DNA from: Nitrospirota bacterium | GTDB lineage: Bacteria > Nitrospirota > UBA9217 | Assembly: GCA_035498715.1 (NCBI GenBank) | Contig: DATJZV010000090.1 | Span: 3,173-67,172, forward strand | Length of the DNA stretch: 64,000 nucleotides | Direction: 5' to 3' | Part shown: piece by piece, positions 18,874-27,545 of the stretch | How positions within the stretch are numbered: the first letter of the stretch is position 1 | Layout of the letters: every line of letters begins with the position of its first letter | Position numbers and translations under genes: made by a program | The notes under the pieces: model-generated | Databases searched by the model: none | The model's input: only the letters and a program-made list of their open reading frames with translations | Told to the model about the DNA's origin: nothing

Positions 18874-21459
18874 CTAGAACGTATACACTCCCGCTAAAAA
18901 ATTCTTCGCGTACCGATCAATGGCGGCATCATCGTGCAGCACGGCATCCAGCTGCCGGGCATAGGAGATCAGCCTCCCCGTCTTGTCGAGTACCGTCTCC
19001 ATCTCTTCCTGTTTGAGGCCCGCGAGGCGGGCAATGAGAAGGTCTCCCTTAATCTTGATGTTGAAGCCATATTCTCGTAAAATCTTCGCGATGAGTTCCA
19101 CCCTTCTTGAACGCTTTGCCATGTCCGTTGCGCCGCCCACGAAACGGAAGTAGATGTGGTTGTTCTTCGCATTCTCGCCGCAATAGCAGTCGATCATGTT
19201 GAAATGATACCCAAACCTGATGCTCAGGTTCACATATTCGCGGGATATAACCGCCACATTATATCCGGCGGGGTGCCCGCTGTCGGAGACGATGTCCGGC
19301 ATCCGCATCATGCTCGAAAGAAAATCATGGGCTTTCAAAGCGACCGGCTCGGAGTGCCAGGCGCCAGGATGAATCATGCCCCTGATGATAGCCCGGAACG
19401 GCACCGACGTAACCTGCTCAAACGTTGCCCGTCCGCCAACCCCGCTATTCAGGCCGCCTCCCATGTCCATGACCAGGATCCCCGCGGGCACGGGAAGTTC
19501 CAGCGGCACGAGCGCACCTTGTTTCCTGAACTTTGCGTTCCCCTCCCGCGCGCTGTCCACGAGCTCGGCAACCGATTTTTCATGCATGAACCGCAAGATA
19601 TCGTGCAGCGTCCTGCATCCTTCGGGCGTAAACTCGTCCATCAGCGGGTCAACAAGGTTGAGGAGGGAGATGTACCGCAGGATATACCGCTTCCTTCGAT
19701 ATTCATAAACATCCTCCATCCTCGCGGTCTCGTCACCGGCCTGTGAGATAATATCCCTGACTATCCCTTCATAGACGGCCGATGTGCCGTCGTCTCCGGC
19801 GACCAGGGTGACGTCCTGTCCCGGCTCCAGGATTTCCATGACACCAGCGACATTCACGATTGCCGGGATTTTCAATTCCCTGCAGAGCGCTGCCATATGG
19901 CTAGTCTGCGTTCCAGTTTCGGTAATGATCGCGGAAACGAACGGCATGACCCGGACGTACAGCGATGAATCGTGTTTCGCCACCAGCACGGCTCCCTTCG
20001 GGACATCGCTCAGATCGTCCTTTTTCCGTGTGATAAAGACCTTTCCTGCTCCTGTTCCTTTCTGGATCACACTGCCCCTGTTCCGGATTAAGACCAGATG
20101 CGCCGATTCGGGACCCGGGATCTGGCGCTCCGCGGAAACATCGCTTGAATTCTTGACAGCAATGTTCAACGGGCGCGCTTGGAGAATAAAAATCCTGCCG
20201 TCCTTGTCGATCGCCCATTCGACGTCGCGGGGGCTCCCGAAGTACTTTTCGATCTTCGCCGCCAAAGAGGCGAGTTCCGCTGCCTGCTCAGAAGTCAGAC
20301 ACGGTTTTCCCCGGAGAACATCCGGCGTTGCGACCTCGGTTACGCCTCCCTGGCTCTGGCCGGTGATCATGGACGACTTATTGCCGATCGCCGCGCCAAG
20401 CATTTCATGAGGTTGACCCTTCCTAACCGTATAGAGGTCCGTATCGGTCAGCCCCTCGACCACGGCCTCTCCCAGTCCCCATGCGGCGCTGATGACGAGG
20501 GTATCCCCCTTGCCGTCGGGCGCGGTAGTATACATGACACCGCTCGACACCGCATCCACCATGACCATGCACCCCACGGCCATCTTCAAGCGACCCGGTT
20601 CGTAGCCCATCTGCTGTTGATAGGCCACGGCCTTTTCCGAAAATAGGCTCGCGATCACCTCCCGATATGCCTGTTCAACACGCCCCGTCTCGGGGGGGAC
20701 GTTCAGGATGCTTTGAAACTGTCCTGCGAATGACCGGCCGCTGTCCTCCTCCTCTGCGCTGCTCCGTACGGCGAGAAAACATTCCCCGTTGCGACTCTGG
20801 ATTTTCTGTATCGCTTCTTGCATTGCCCCGTTGAGGGAAGAAGGAATGGTCCCGTGAATAATGAGTTCCTGCAGTTCCCGGAGCCCCGCGTCAGACGGAT
20901 GGGGATCCTCTGCGATCCGTGCCACCTGACCGCCGAGCCCGTTGGAGCTTATGAATTCGTCAAAAGCCGCGGTCGTGATGACGAAGGCGTCAGGAACGCG
21001 CAGGTTCAGGCGGTTCTTGACCTCCGAGAGATGGGCGTTCTTGCCACCGACTTCCCGCAGCGTGCCCCAGGGAATGTCCTCAAAGAACAGGACCGGCTTC
21101 TGCGGCACCGACGGCGCGCCGGAGATCATCTGCTGGATCAGAGAGTCAATTCGTCCGAACACATCGTGGAGAGGCAAATACCGGTTCCTCGTGAGCGTGT
21201 CGAAATTCCGCATGGAATACTCGAGATCTTTCCGGAGGCGGGAATAGGCCTTCTTGATATAATTTACATCGAACAGGTAGTCCCCACCCAGTTTCTCTCC
21301 CATGTCCGTAATCGTTTCGAGCGCCCGGTTATTGCTATCGAGTACTTTCTTAAACCGGTCGAAAACAGCCTTGAATTCCTCAGGGTCCGCGGGATATTTC
21401 CTGAAGGACGCATTGGCTACCGACGCGAGGAGTGATCTTAATAAACCACCGCTTTTCAT
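18874..21459 (-). CDS. PEP-utiliser-like phosphotransferase: PPDK_N ATP-grasp + phosphohistidine swivel domain + unassigned C-terminal domain
   Basis: ORF 18874..21546, with the start at M30 (21459) preferred. The ATP-grasp region reads REVGGKNAHLSEV...VRSSAEEEDSGRSFAGQFQSILNV. The swivel His context reads ETGTQTSHMAALCRELKIPAIVNV. No PEP/pyruvate TIM-barrel domain follows. Confidence 0.7.
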   Translation of the reverse strand: MKSGGLLRSLLASVANASFRKYPADPEEFKAVFDRFKKVLDSNNRALETITDMGEKLGGDYLFDVNYIKKAYSRLRKDLEYSMRNFDTLTRNRYLPLHDVFGRIDSLIQQMISGAPSVPQKPVLFFEDIPWGTLREVGGKNAHLSEVKNRLNLRVPDAFVITTAAFDEFISSNGLGGQVARIAEDPHPSDAGLRELQELIIHGTIPSSLNGAMQEAIQKIQSRNGECFLAVRSSAEEEDSGRSFAGQFQSILNVPPETGRVEQAYREVIASLFSEKAVAYQQQMGYEPGRLKMAVGCMVMVDAVSSGVMYTTAPDGKGDTLVISAAWGLGEAVVEGLTDTDLYTVRKGQPHEMLGAAIGNKSSMITGQSQGGVTEVATPDVLRGKPCLTSEQAAELASLAAKIEKYFGSPRDVEWAIDKDGRIFILQARPLNIAVKNSSDVSAERQIPGPESAHLVLIRNRGSVIQKGTGAGKVFITRKKDDLSDVPKGAVLVAKHDSSLYVRVMPFVSAIITETGTQTSHMAALCRELKIPAIVNVAGVMEILEPGQDVTLVAGDDGTSAVYEGIVRDIISQAGDETARMEDVYEYRRKRYILRYISLLNLVDPLMDEFTPEGCRTLHDILRFMHEKSVAELVDSAREGNAKFRKQGALVPLELPVPAGILVMDMGGGLNSGVGGRATFEQVTSVPFRAIIRGMIHPGAWHSEPVALKAHDFLSSMMRMPDIVSDSGHPAGYNVAVISREYVNLSIRFGYHFNMIDCYCGENAKNNHIYFRFVGGATDMAKRSRRVELIAKILREYGFNIKIKGDLLIARLAGLKQEEMETVLDKTGRLISYARQLDAVLHDDAAIDRYAKNFLAGVYTF

Positions 21460-21571
21460 GTTCTGCTCCCACCCATCATTGCAATCGAGACACACTGTGC
21501 CGCTGAGGCATTCTGTATACATCTGTACCGTACCGCTCAGCACCAATGTATCGCCGTGCGTATGCTGGGTA

Positions 21572-21940
21572 CTAAGGCCTGTTCAATGCACGCCGTATCG
21601 ATTCCTTGAGCTCCTTGATCTTTACGGGCTTGGGGAAGAAGTCGTGCACGTCTCCCCGCAGCGCTTCGATGGCCGCATCGAGGTTGGCGAAGGCCGTGAT
21701 CATGATGACCTTGGTCTCGGGATACAGCTTTTTCACCGTTCTAAGGACTTCCATCCCGTCGATGCCCTTCATCTTGTAGTCCGTAACAACGACGTGAAAT
21801 TTATCCTCTTTCAGCCGTGCCAGTGCCGGCTCGGCATTTAAAAATGTCTCGACCTGATAGCCCTCCTGCTCGAGCGAAAGCTTTGCCATGTCGCCCACGA
21901 TCTTTTCGTCGTCAATGACCATGATCTTGTGACTATTCAT
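21572..21940 (-). CDS. Stand-alone response-regulator receiver (CheY-like)
   Basis: 122 aa. The acidic pocket is DDE, the phospho-acceptor context is VVTDYKMKGIDG, and KP is conserved (FFPKPVK). It overlaps the upstream kinase gene by 4 nt. Confidence 0.9.
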   Translation of the reverse strand: MNSHKIMVIDDEKIVGDMAKLSLEQEGYQVETFLNAEPALARLKEDKFHVVVTDYKMKGIDGMEVLRTVKKLYPETKVIMITAFANLDAAIEALRGDVHDFFPKPVKIKELKESIRRALNRP

Positions 21941-23346
21941 CGATTTTTCTCCTCTTTTTTATACAGTGGCAGTTCTAAGGTGAAGGTCGTCCCGACTCCC
22001 ACCTTGCTATCCACTCTGATATCCCCTCTATGGTTCTTGATGATTCCGTAACTGACCGAGAGCCCGAGGCCGGTTCCCGCGTCGCCCTTGGTGCTGAAAA
22101 AGGGATCGAAGATATGCGGCAGGAACTCAGGCGGGATGCCTTTTCCAGTGTCCGCCACACCGATCTCCACAGAATTCCCGCTCTTTCCCAGCCTCGATGA
22201 AATGACGAGCCTGCCACCCGAGGACATGGCCTGGACCGCGTTGGTGATGAGGTTCACCAGGACCTGCTGTATTTGATGCTCATCGACATATACATGCGGC
22301 AGTGCATGGTCGAGATGAAGCGTCGTTTCGATATTCGACACATCGATCATGTTCTGCACAAGCGTAAGCGTCTTCTGTATCACGGAGTTGATGTCCGCCT
22401 CGTTCGGGTTCGAATCCTTTGGCTTGGAAAAATCGAGGAGGTTCTTAACGATCTTTCGTATCCGCTCCGTCTCCTCCTCCACCTTGCTCATGAGCTCGAC
22501 CCGGTCCCTACCGCTGAGCTTGTCGTATAGTTCCGCATAGGTCTGGGCGATCATGGAAATGTTATTCAGGGGATTCGTGAGCTCATGCGCCACCCCCGCC
22601 GTGAGAATACCCATGGAAGCAAGTTTCTTGGACTGGATGAGCTCCTCTTCGCGGTGGCCAAGTTCCTCGGACATGGAGTTGATGGCCGCAATGACGGAGC
22701 CAAGCTCATCATTGGATTGGAACACTTCTATCTTTTGGAAATTGCCTCCGGAGATGGATTTCGCCAGTTTCTCGATTTCCCGCAACGACCGGAGAATCTT
22801 CTGAGAAATAAAGTGTCCCAAGAAAAGGGCGGAAAACAGAATGGCCCAGAAGGAAAACATCAGTATCCGCTTGGAGCTCAGGATAATATCATTCACCCGC
22901 CTTCTTTCAAGGTGCGTGATGGAATCGGAAAATTCCTTCAGCTTTTTGCCCTCGGCCCTGAGCCGCAACTCGAGATGCTGGTCCATGGAGCTGCCTGTCC
23001 GCGCTTCTTCGATGACATCCGAATAAGCTTTGAGGTACGAGTCAAGCTTCTTGAGATCGGTCTCACCGATGGCCCTGATAATGTCATCCCGCACCTCTCC
23101 GATTGTCCTGACGGTATAATCTATTTTTCCCCGTATCTCGGCAAGCGCTTTCTTATCCTTGTAGAGAAAATAGTTCTTTTCCGAAAGCCTCATTTCGAGA
23201 AAGGACGCATTCAGATCATCGGCGATTTCCACGAATCTGAGCTTAGTAAGGACAAGATTCATATTCTGAAAGGCAAAAAAACCGATCAGAATAATGAATG
23301 CGCCGTACATGACGTTGGAGAGGATGAGCTTTTTTTCGATCTTCAT
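21937..23346 (-). CDS. Sensor histidine kinase (helical periplasmic sensor, HAMP, HisKA, HATPase_c)
   Basis: 469 aa. The H-box is AGVAHELTNPLN. N, G1 and G2 boxes are present (NLITNAVQA, DTGKGI, GTGLGLS). The sensor domain shares the motif R-x-SEKNYFLY with the kinase at 38070..39644. Confidence 0.9.
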   Translation of the reverse strand: MKIEKKLILSNVMYGAFIILIGFFAFQNMNLVLTKLRFVEIADDLNASFLEMRLSEKNYFLYKDKKALAEIRGKIDYTVRTIGEVRDDIIRAIGETDLKKLDSYLKAYSDVIEEARTGSSMDQHLELRLRAEGKKLKEFSDSITHLERRRVNDIILSSKRILMFSFWAILFSALFLGHFISQKILRSLREIEKLAKSISGGNFQKIEVFQSNDELGSVIAAINSMSEELGHREEELIQSKKLASMGILTAGVAHELTNPLNNISMIAQTYAELYDKLSGRDRVELMSKVEEETERIRKIVKNLLDFSKPKDSNPNEADINSVIQKTLTLVQNMIDVSNIETTLHLDHALPHVYVDEHQIQQVLVNLITNAVQAMSSGGRLVISSRLGKSGNSVEIGVADTGKGIPPEFLPHIFDPFFSTKGDAGTGLGLSVSYGIIKNHRGDIRVDSKVGVGTTFTLELPLYKKEEKNR

Positions 23347-23553
23347 ACTGAATTAGATATCGTTCATCATGCCCCTCATTCTGTTATTCCCGCAGCGTTT
23401 CTGAGCGGGAAGCTGGTTTTCATTGACGCGAAAACCATATCCCCGATAGGGTCATTCGTGGAAAACAAATAATGAGCAGGCGCTTAGCATATCGATTCTA
23501 TTTTTGGCGAACTGCATATACCCTAGCGGTATAGTAATGCTCGCCGATTCCCG

Positions 23554-24795
23554 TCACTCCGGATAGGCTATGCCCCTCGGAACTTCTGCCTGTTCCTTGC
23601 GGACAGGCCAGTACCAGAGCATCCCGTCCACGAGCATCAGAAGTGCCGCGGCAATGAGCAACATATTAAACGATGTGAGCAGACCGAACCCGAAATAGCT
23701 CAAAATACCGATGCCGATGCCGAGGAAAGAAATGCCTGTCCGGATGAATGCAAGCCCGGTCCTCGCCCGCGCATAGATGGTGCGATAGCAGGCAGCAATC
23801 GTCCGCTGGGCCGCCAGAACGTTCCGCTCCCGAGCGAACATGGTGCGCGTTTTGCTTGACGGCGTCGGATTAAGATAGGTACTGTGATCGGCAAGATAAT
23901 CTCCCATTCGTGCAAGCATCGTTCCCTGCGTTGCCTTCCTTGCTCCCGTATTCTCGATAAAATGGTAATCCTCGAGGAACTGGATCGTAGCTGCCGTGAC
24001 TTCGACCAGCGTCTGGTTCCCGGGAGGTGTGAGCCGAGATTTCCGGATGCTCAAATACTGGGGAAGGCCGTAACATGCGATGATGATACCAACAATGAGT
24101 ACCGAAAAATAGAGATAGGGGTTGCTGCTCGTGTTCCTCGACTGCAGCAAGGCGTTCGAGAGCGCTATTGTACCCATCCCCCACCGGATGAAAGAAAGAC
24201 CGGTCCTTGCCTTCGCAAGATCGGTCCGGTAGCAGGCCATTCTCGTGCGCCAGTGCGCCATCGTGTTTCTCCAGAACGCAAGTCCGGTCCGCTCCGTGCC
24301 GATCAAGAGCCCAACCTTTGCATGGAGAAAATCCTGGATGTACCATTGAATGTCCGAATCAAGAGAGACGCGGAATTCATACCGGTCTGCCTTGATGTGT
24401 TTTTTCACGTCCTCCCGCATGGCCTCGCTTTCCGGGTTTCTCGCCGCAATGACTACGGTGCCCGACTTGTCCTTCATGACCGGCATCCACTGGTACGTCG
24501 AGAGCGAGTCTGCGTTCAGGTTGATCAGAAGCTCCGGTGGGATCGGCAGGCGTTCGTCGTATTCGATCGCGCGACAATTATAGTACTTCGCAAGCGCCGC
24601 AAGCATGTCCTGCTTGGTTATTTTGTACTCGCTCAGAAGGACCTTTTCGATATCGATGCCCCTTGCTTGGGCCCTGCTTGCCGCTACTTCGAGATCGGCA
24701 GTGCCCAGAATCCTCCGTTCTACCAGAAGGGAGAACTCCAAGCCAGCCCCGACTGCATTATCGGCGAAATCGTCGTTCATCAGCTCATTTTTCAT
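23554..24795 (-). CDS. T2SSE_N (GspE/MshE N-terminal-like) domain fused to two DUF202-like membrane modules
   Basis: ORF 23554..24825 with a TTG start. ATG 24795 or 24780 is plausible, so the start is uncertain. The N-terminal 150 aa follow the GspE_N pattern. Two modules follow, each built from RTxxAxx heptads plus two TM helices. Confidence 0.65.
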   Translation of the reverse strand: MKNELMNDDFADNAVGAGLEFSLLVERRILGTADLEVAASRAQARGIDIEKVLLSEYKITKQDMLAALAKYYNCRAIEYDERLPIPPELLINLNADSLSTYQWMPVMKDKSGTVVIAARNPESEAMREDVKKHIKADRYEFRVSLDSDIQWYIQDFLHAKVGLLIGTERTGLAFWRNTMAHWRTRMACYRTDLAKARTGLSFIRWGMGTIALSNALLQSRNTSSNPYLYFSVLIVGIIIACYGLPQYLSIRKSRLTPPGNQTLVEVTAATIQFLEDYHFIENTGARKATQGTMLARMGDYLADHSTYLNPTPSSKTRTMFARERNVLAAQRTIAACYRTIYARARTGLAFIRTGISFLGIGIGILSYFGFGLLTSFNMLLIAAALLMLVDGMLWYWPVRKEQAEVPRGIAYPE

Positions 24796-26437
24796 GGTTA
24801 TTAAAAAATACCGTTCCCCATTCAAAATTTGGTCTTCCGTAATCAGGAATAGTTATCTCCATGTCCCCGTAGCAGTACGGGTACTCCTTCCTCATGCGTT
24901 CGGCGGGAAGCATCCAGCGGTATCCGTCCACGATCAGTGCAAGCCCACTTACAATCAGCAAGGCGTTGAAGATCGTCCAGCCAGGCGAGGCGATACCGAA
25001 ATAAGCCATCAATCCCGCGCCAACAGACGTAATGCTCATGCCTGTCCTGATGTACGCCATGCCCGTCCGCGACACCGCCATGACCGTTCGGAGCCGTGCC
25101 ATGACGACGCGACGGTCGGCAAGCACCGTCCGTTCCAGAGCGTGGCCTGTCGTGGCCCAGATGCCCGGCATCTGGTCCGCGGTAACCGGCGGACCCGGCC
25201 TGTCCTTTCCTGGTCCCGATCGTTTGTGGCCAAGCGGAAATACCATGTCCCAGATCGTTTCCTTGTTAAGCCCCGCCAGCACGGACCGCAACCCTTCGAT
25301 TCCGGACTTGCGCCCGCCGAAATACCAGTAAAAGCCCTCGGCGGACATGAGAATGCCCGCGGCAATCAGTGTGACATCGAAGATCGACCACGCCGACCAC
25401 CTGCTCGCTTCAAACTGCCTCATCAAACCTATGCCGAGTCCGGTAAAGGCAATGCCGGTCCTGGTAAAGGAGAGCCCCGTCCGCGCTCGGGCGAGCTTTG
25501 TCCGGTGGCCGGCAAGCGACGTCCGCTCCTCTGCCATGTCAGTCCGGTCGCTGGCCAGGAACCTTCGCCGCATTACGGGCGAGAGATTCTCCCAATCGGC
25601 TCTGTGCTCTCCCGCGCCCTTTATTTCTTCGGTCCGGGTGATGACAGGACGGCCGTCCCTCACATCTCCCTGAAGGACACAGGTTCCCCAGGTCGGCAAC
25701 GTGCAGCTAGTGTCAAGCGGTTTGCCTGCGATCTTCCGAGCGGGCAAATACCATTTTATCCCGTCATAAACCATGATGACACCGACGGTCAATAGCGGCG
25801 CTTCAAGGACCAGGTAAAAACCGGCCCCCAGGACACGCAAAAACAGAAGGGCGATGACGATAAAGGAAACGCCGGTCCGGATGAAGGCGAGACCCGTCCG
25901 CCCTTTCGCGAAGAGCGTACGGTAATGCGCATAGGTCGATCGCTGGTAGGCGAGGAACGTCCTCACGCGGGCGAGCGGCGTCCGGCCCCCGGAGATGCGG
26001 AAATTGCGGTTCACGTCGAAATTATGTTCAATGATGCGGATGAGGTCGGCCGGAAGCGACACGCGGAAATCGATATGCTCAACGCCTAGCGTTTTTTTAA
26101 TGTCTTCGATTACACGCTCGTCGTCGGGGCGGAAGGCAATGACCTCAGCCTGTTTCTCGCGCACGGAGAGCGGAAACCACAAGGCACTCTTCTGGTGCTC
26201 CAAGTCGAGCCGCAGGACCAGAAAGTAGGACGCGGCCACGCTCTCATCGAATTCAACGAACGGATAGCCGAAATATTCCGAAAGGCAGAAGAGGACCTCG
26301 TGTTTCGGGATCCCTTGCCGGATCATCAGCTCCTCGACCGCCGTCCCCGTGGCTATCGATTCCCGCTCCATCGAGTCCAGCTCTACCTCGGAGAGGACCC
26401 CCAGACGGAGCAGTCTATTGAATTTATCTCTGATCAT
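24785..26437 (-). CDS. T2SSE_N (GspE/MshE N-terminal-like) domain fused to three DUF202-like membrane modules
   Basis: 550 aa. The N-terminal region reads LRLGVLSEVELDSMERESIATGTAVEELMIRQGIPKHEVLFCLSEYFGYPFVEF. Three modules lie at about residues 152-235, 296-375 and 434-512. Confidence 0.7.
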   Translation of the reverse strand: MIRDKFNRLLRLGVLSEVELDSMERESIATGTAVEELMIRQGIPKHEVLFCLSEYFGYPFVEFDESVAASYFLVLRLDLEHQKSALWFPLSVREKQAEVIAFRPDDERVIEDIKKTLGVEHIDFRVSLPADLIRIIEHNFDVNRNFRISGGRTPLARVRTFLAYQRSTYAHYRTLFAKGRTGLAFIRTGVSFIVIALLFLRVLGAGFYLVLEAPLLTVGVIMVYDGIKWYLPARKIAGKPLDTSCTLPTWGTCVLQGDVRDGRPVITRTEEIKGAGEHRADWENLSPVMRRRFLASDRTDMAEERTSLAGHRTKLARARTGLSFTRTGIAFTGLGIGLMRQFEASRWSAWSIFDVTLIAAGILMSAEGFYWYFGGRKSGIEGLRSVLAGLNKETIWDMVFPLGHKRSGPGKDRPGPPVTADQMPGIWATTGHALERTVLADRRVVMARLRTVMAVSRTGMAYIRTGMSITSVGAGLMAYFGIASPGWTIFNALLIVSGLALIVDGYRWMLPAERMRKEYPYCYGDMEITIPDYGRPNFEWGTVFFNNHEK

Positions 26438-26465
26438 ATAAGTATCCCGTTGGACCTAAAATCGT

Positions 26466-26493
26466 ATAATACGGGAAAGAAATGTTTTTGTAA
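26466..26493 (-). promoter_or_regulatory. Candidate sigma-70 promoter (TTACAA-N16-TATTAT) for the T2SSE_N/DUF202 gene pair
   Basis: The minus strand reads TTACAAaaacatttctttcccgTATTAT, about 30 nt upstream of ATG 26437. Confidence 0.3.
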
Positions 26494-26685
26494 AGAATTC
26501 TGTCAGGCGTGTCAAGAAAAAAGGTGGATGCTGTTCGCGAGGTTAATTTCCGACGTGTGGCAGGTTGCCTGTCTGAAGCCATATTCAGTCGAGAGCAAAC
26601 GGCTTGGCTCCCGTAATCATTCGATGGTCCATGAAGACGTTATTTCTTTATCCGCTACTTCTCCGAACCGTTCCGCCCGTACGGC

Positions 26686-26874
26686 TTACGCTTTCTTTTC
26701 TTCTTTCTTTTCTATTGATGGGGCGTCCGGCCCCTCTTTCATCGCCTTCTTGAATGCCTTGATGCTCTTGCCGAGGCCCTCACCCAGCTCCGGGAGCTTC
26801 CCCGGGCCGAAGATGGTCAACACAATCAACAGGATCAGTATCAGATGCATTGGCTGTACCAAACCTTCGAACAT
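26686..26874 (-). CDS. tatA: Twin-arginine translocase subunit TatA/E
   Basis: ORF 26686..26916. The start at MFEGLVQPMH (26874) has AAGGAG upstream. The motif LTIFGPGKLPELGEGLGKSIKAFKKAM is canonical TatA. Confidence 0.9.
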   Translation of the reverse strand: MFEGLVQPMHLILILLIVLTIFGPGKLPELGEGLGKSIKAFKKAMKEGPDAPSIEKKEEKKA

Positions 26875-27020
26875 TATTACTCCTTTTTTAAGCACCCTTT
26901 CGAGCAAAGCACTCATGCCGCTTCACTATCTGATGCAACACGAGATTGCTTCGTAGGAAAAATCATTTCTCACAGCGGCGGCATAGAGCCATATTTACGT
27001 TATGCAGAACTCCTTCTTTC

Positions 27021-27443
27021 TTATAATCCGACAACATACACCGGGCACGGCGCACGGTCGATGACCTTCTCTACGATGTGATCACCAAAGAGCCGGCTAA
27101 TGATACTTTTTTTCTTTTTCGACCCCATGATGATAAGATCGCATTTTTCTTCTGCGGCGACTTCCACGATCCTGTCCGGCACGTCACCGGCCTCCAACCG
27201 CGTTTTTACCATTGCTCCCTCGGCCTCAGCAACCTCATTGATAACGGAAACTGCCTTGGCCGCCCCGTCGTCCAGGACATCGTGAAGGTTCTTGATGCCC
27301 GTCAGGTTGAGTTCGCCATCAAAAGGCCGGACAACTTTCACGACCGTGATCCAGGTCTTTTCGTCCTTGGCGAGTTTGATCCCCTGTTCCAGGACCTCTT
27401 TGGACCCGTTCAACGCGATAAGAACTTTTCTATAACCCTTCAT
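27021..27443 (-). CDS. Universal stress protein (single Usp domain)
   Basis: 140 aa. It starts KVLIALNGS... and ends DLIIMGSKKKKSIISRLFGDHIVEKVIDRAPCPVYVV. Confidence 0.85.
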   Translation of the reverse strand: MKGYRKVLIALNGSKEVLEQGIKLAKDEKTWITVVKVVRPFDGELNLTGIKNLHDVLDDGAAKAVSVINEVAEAEGAMVKTRLEAGDVPDRIVEVAAEEKCDLIIMGSKKKKSIISRLFGDHIVEKVIDRAPCPVYVVGL

Positions 27444-27545
27444 AATATATCACGCTCCCTTGCTTGCTATAGTGTTTACTTTGAATTCTGTTTTCATCAA
27501 CCTGACATCTCCACGTCATCTGCATTCCATTCGTTCTCAGGTCAT

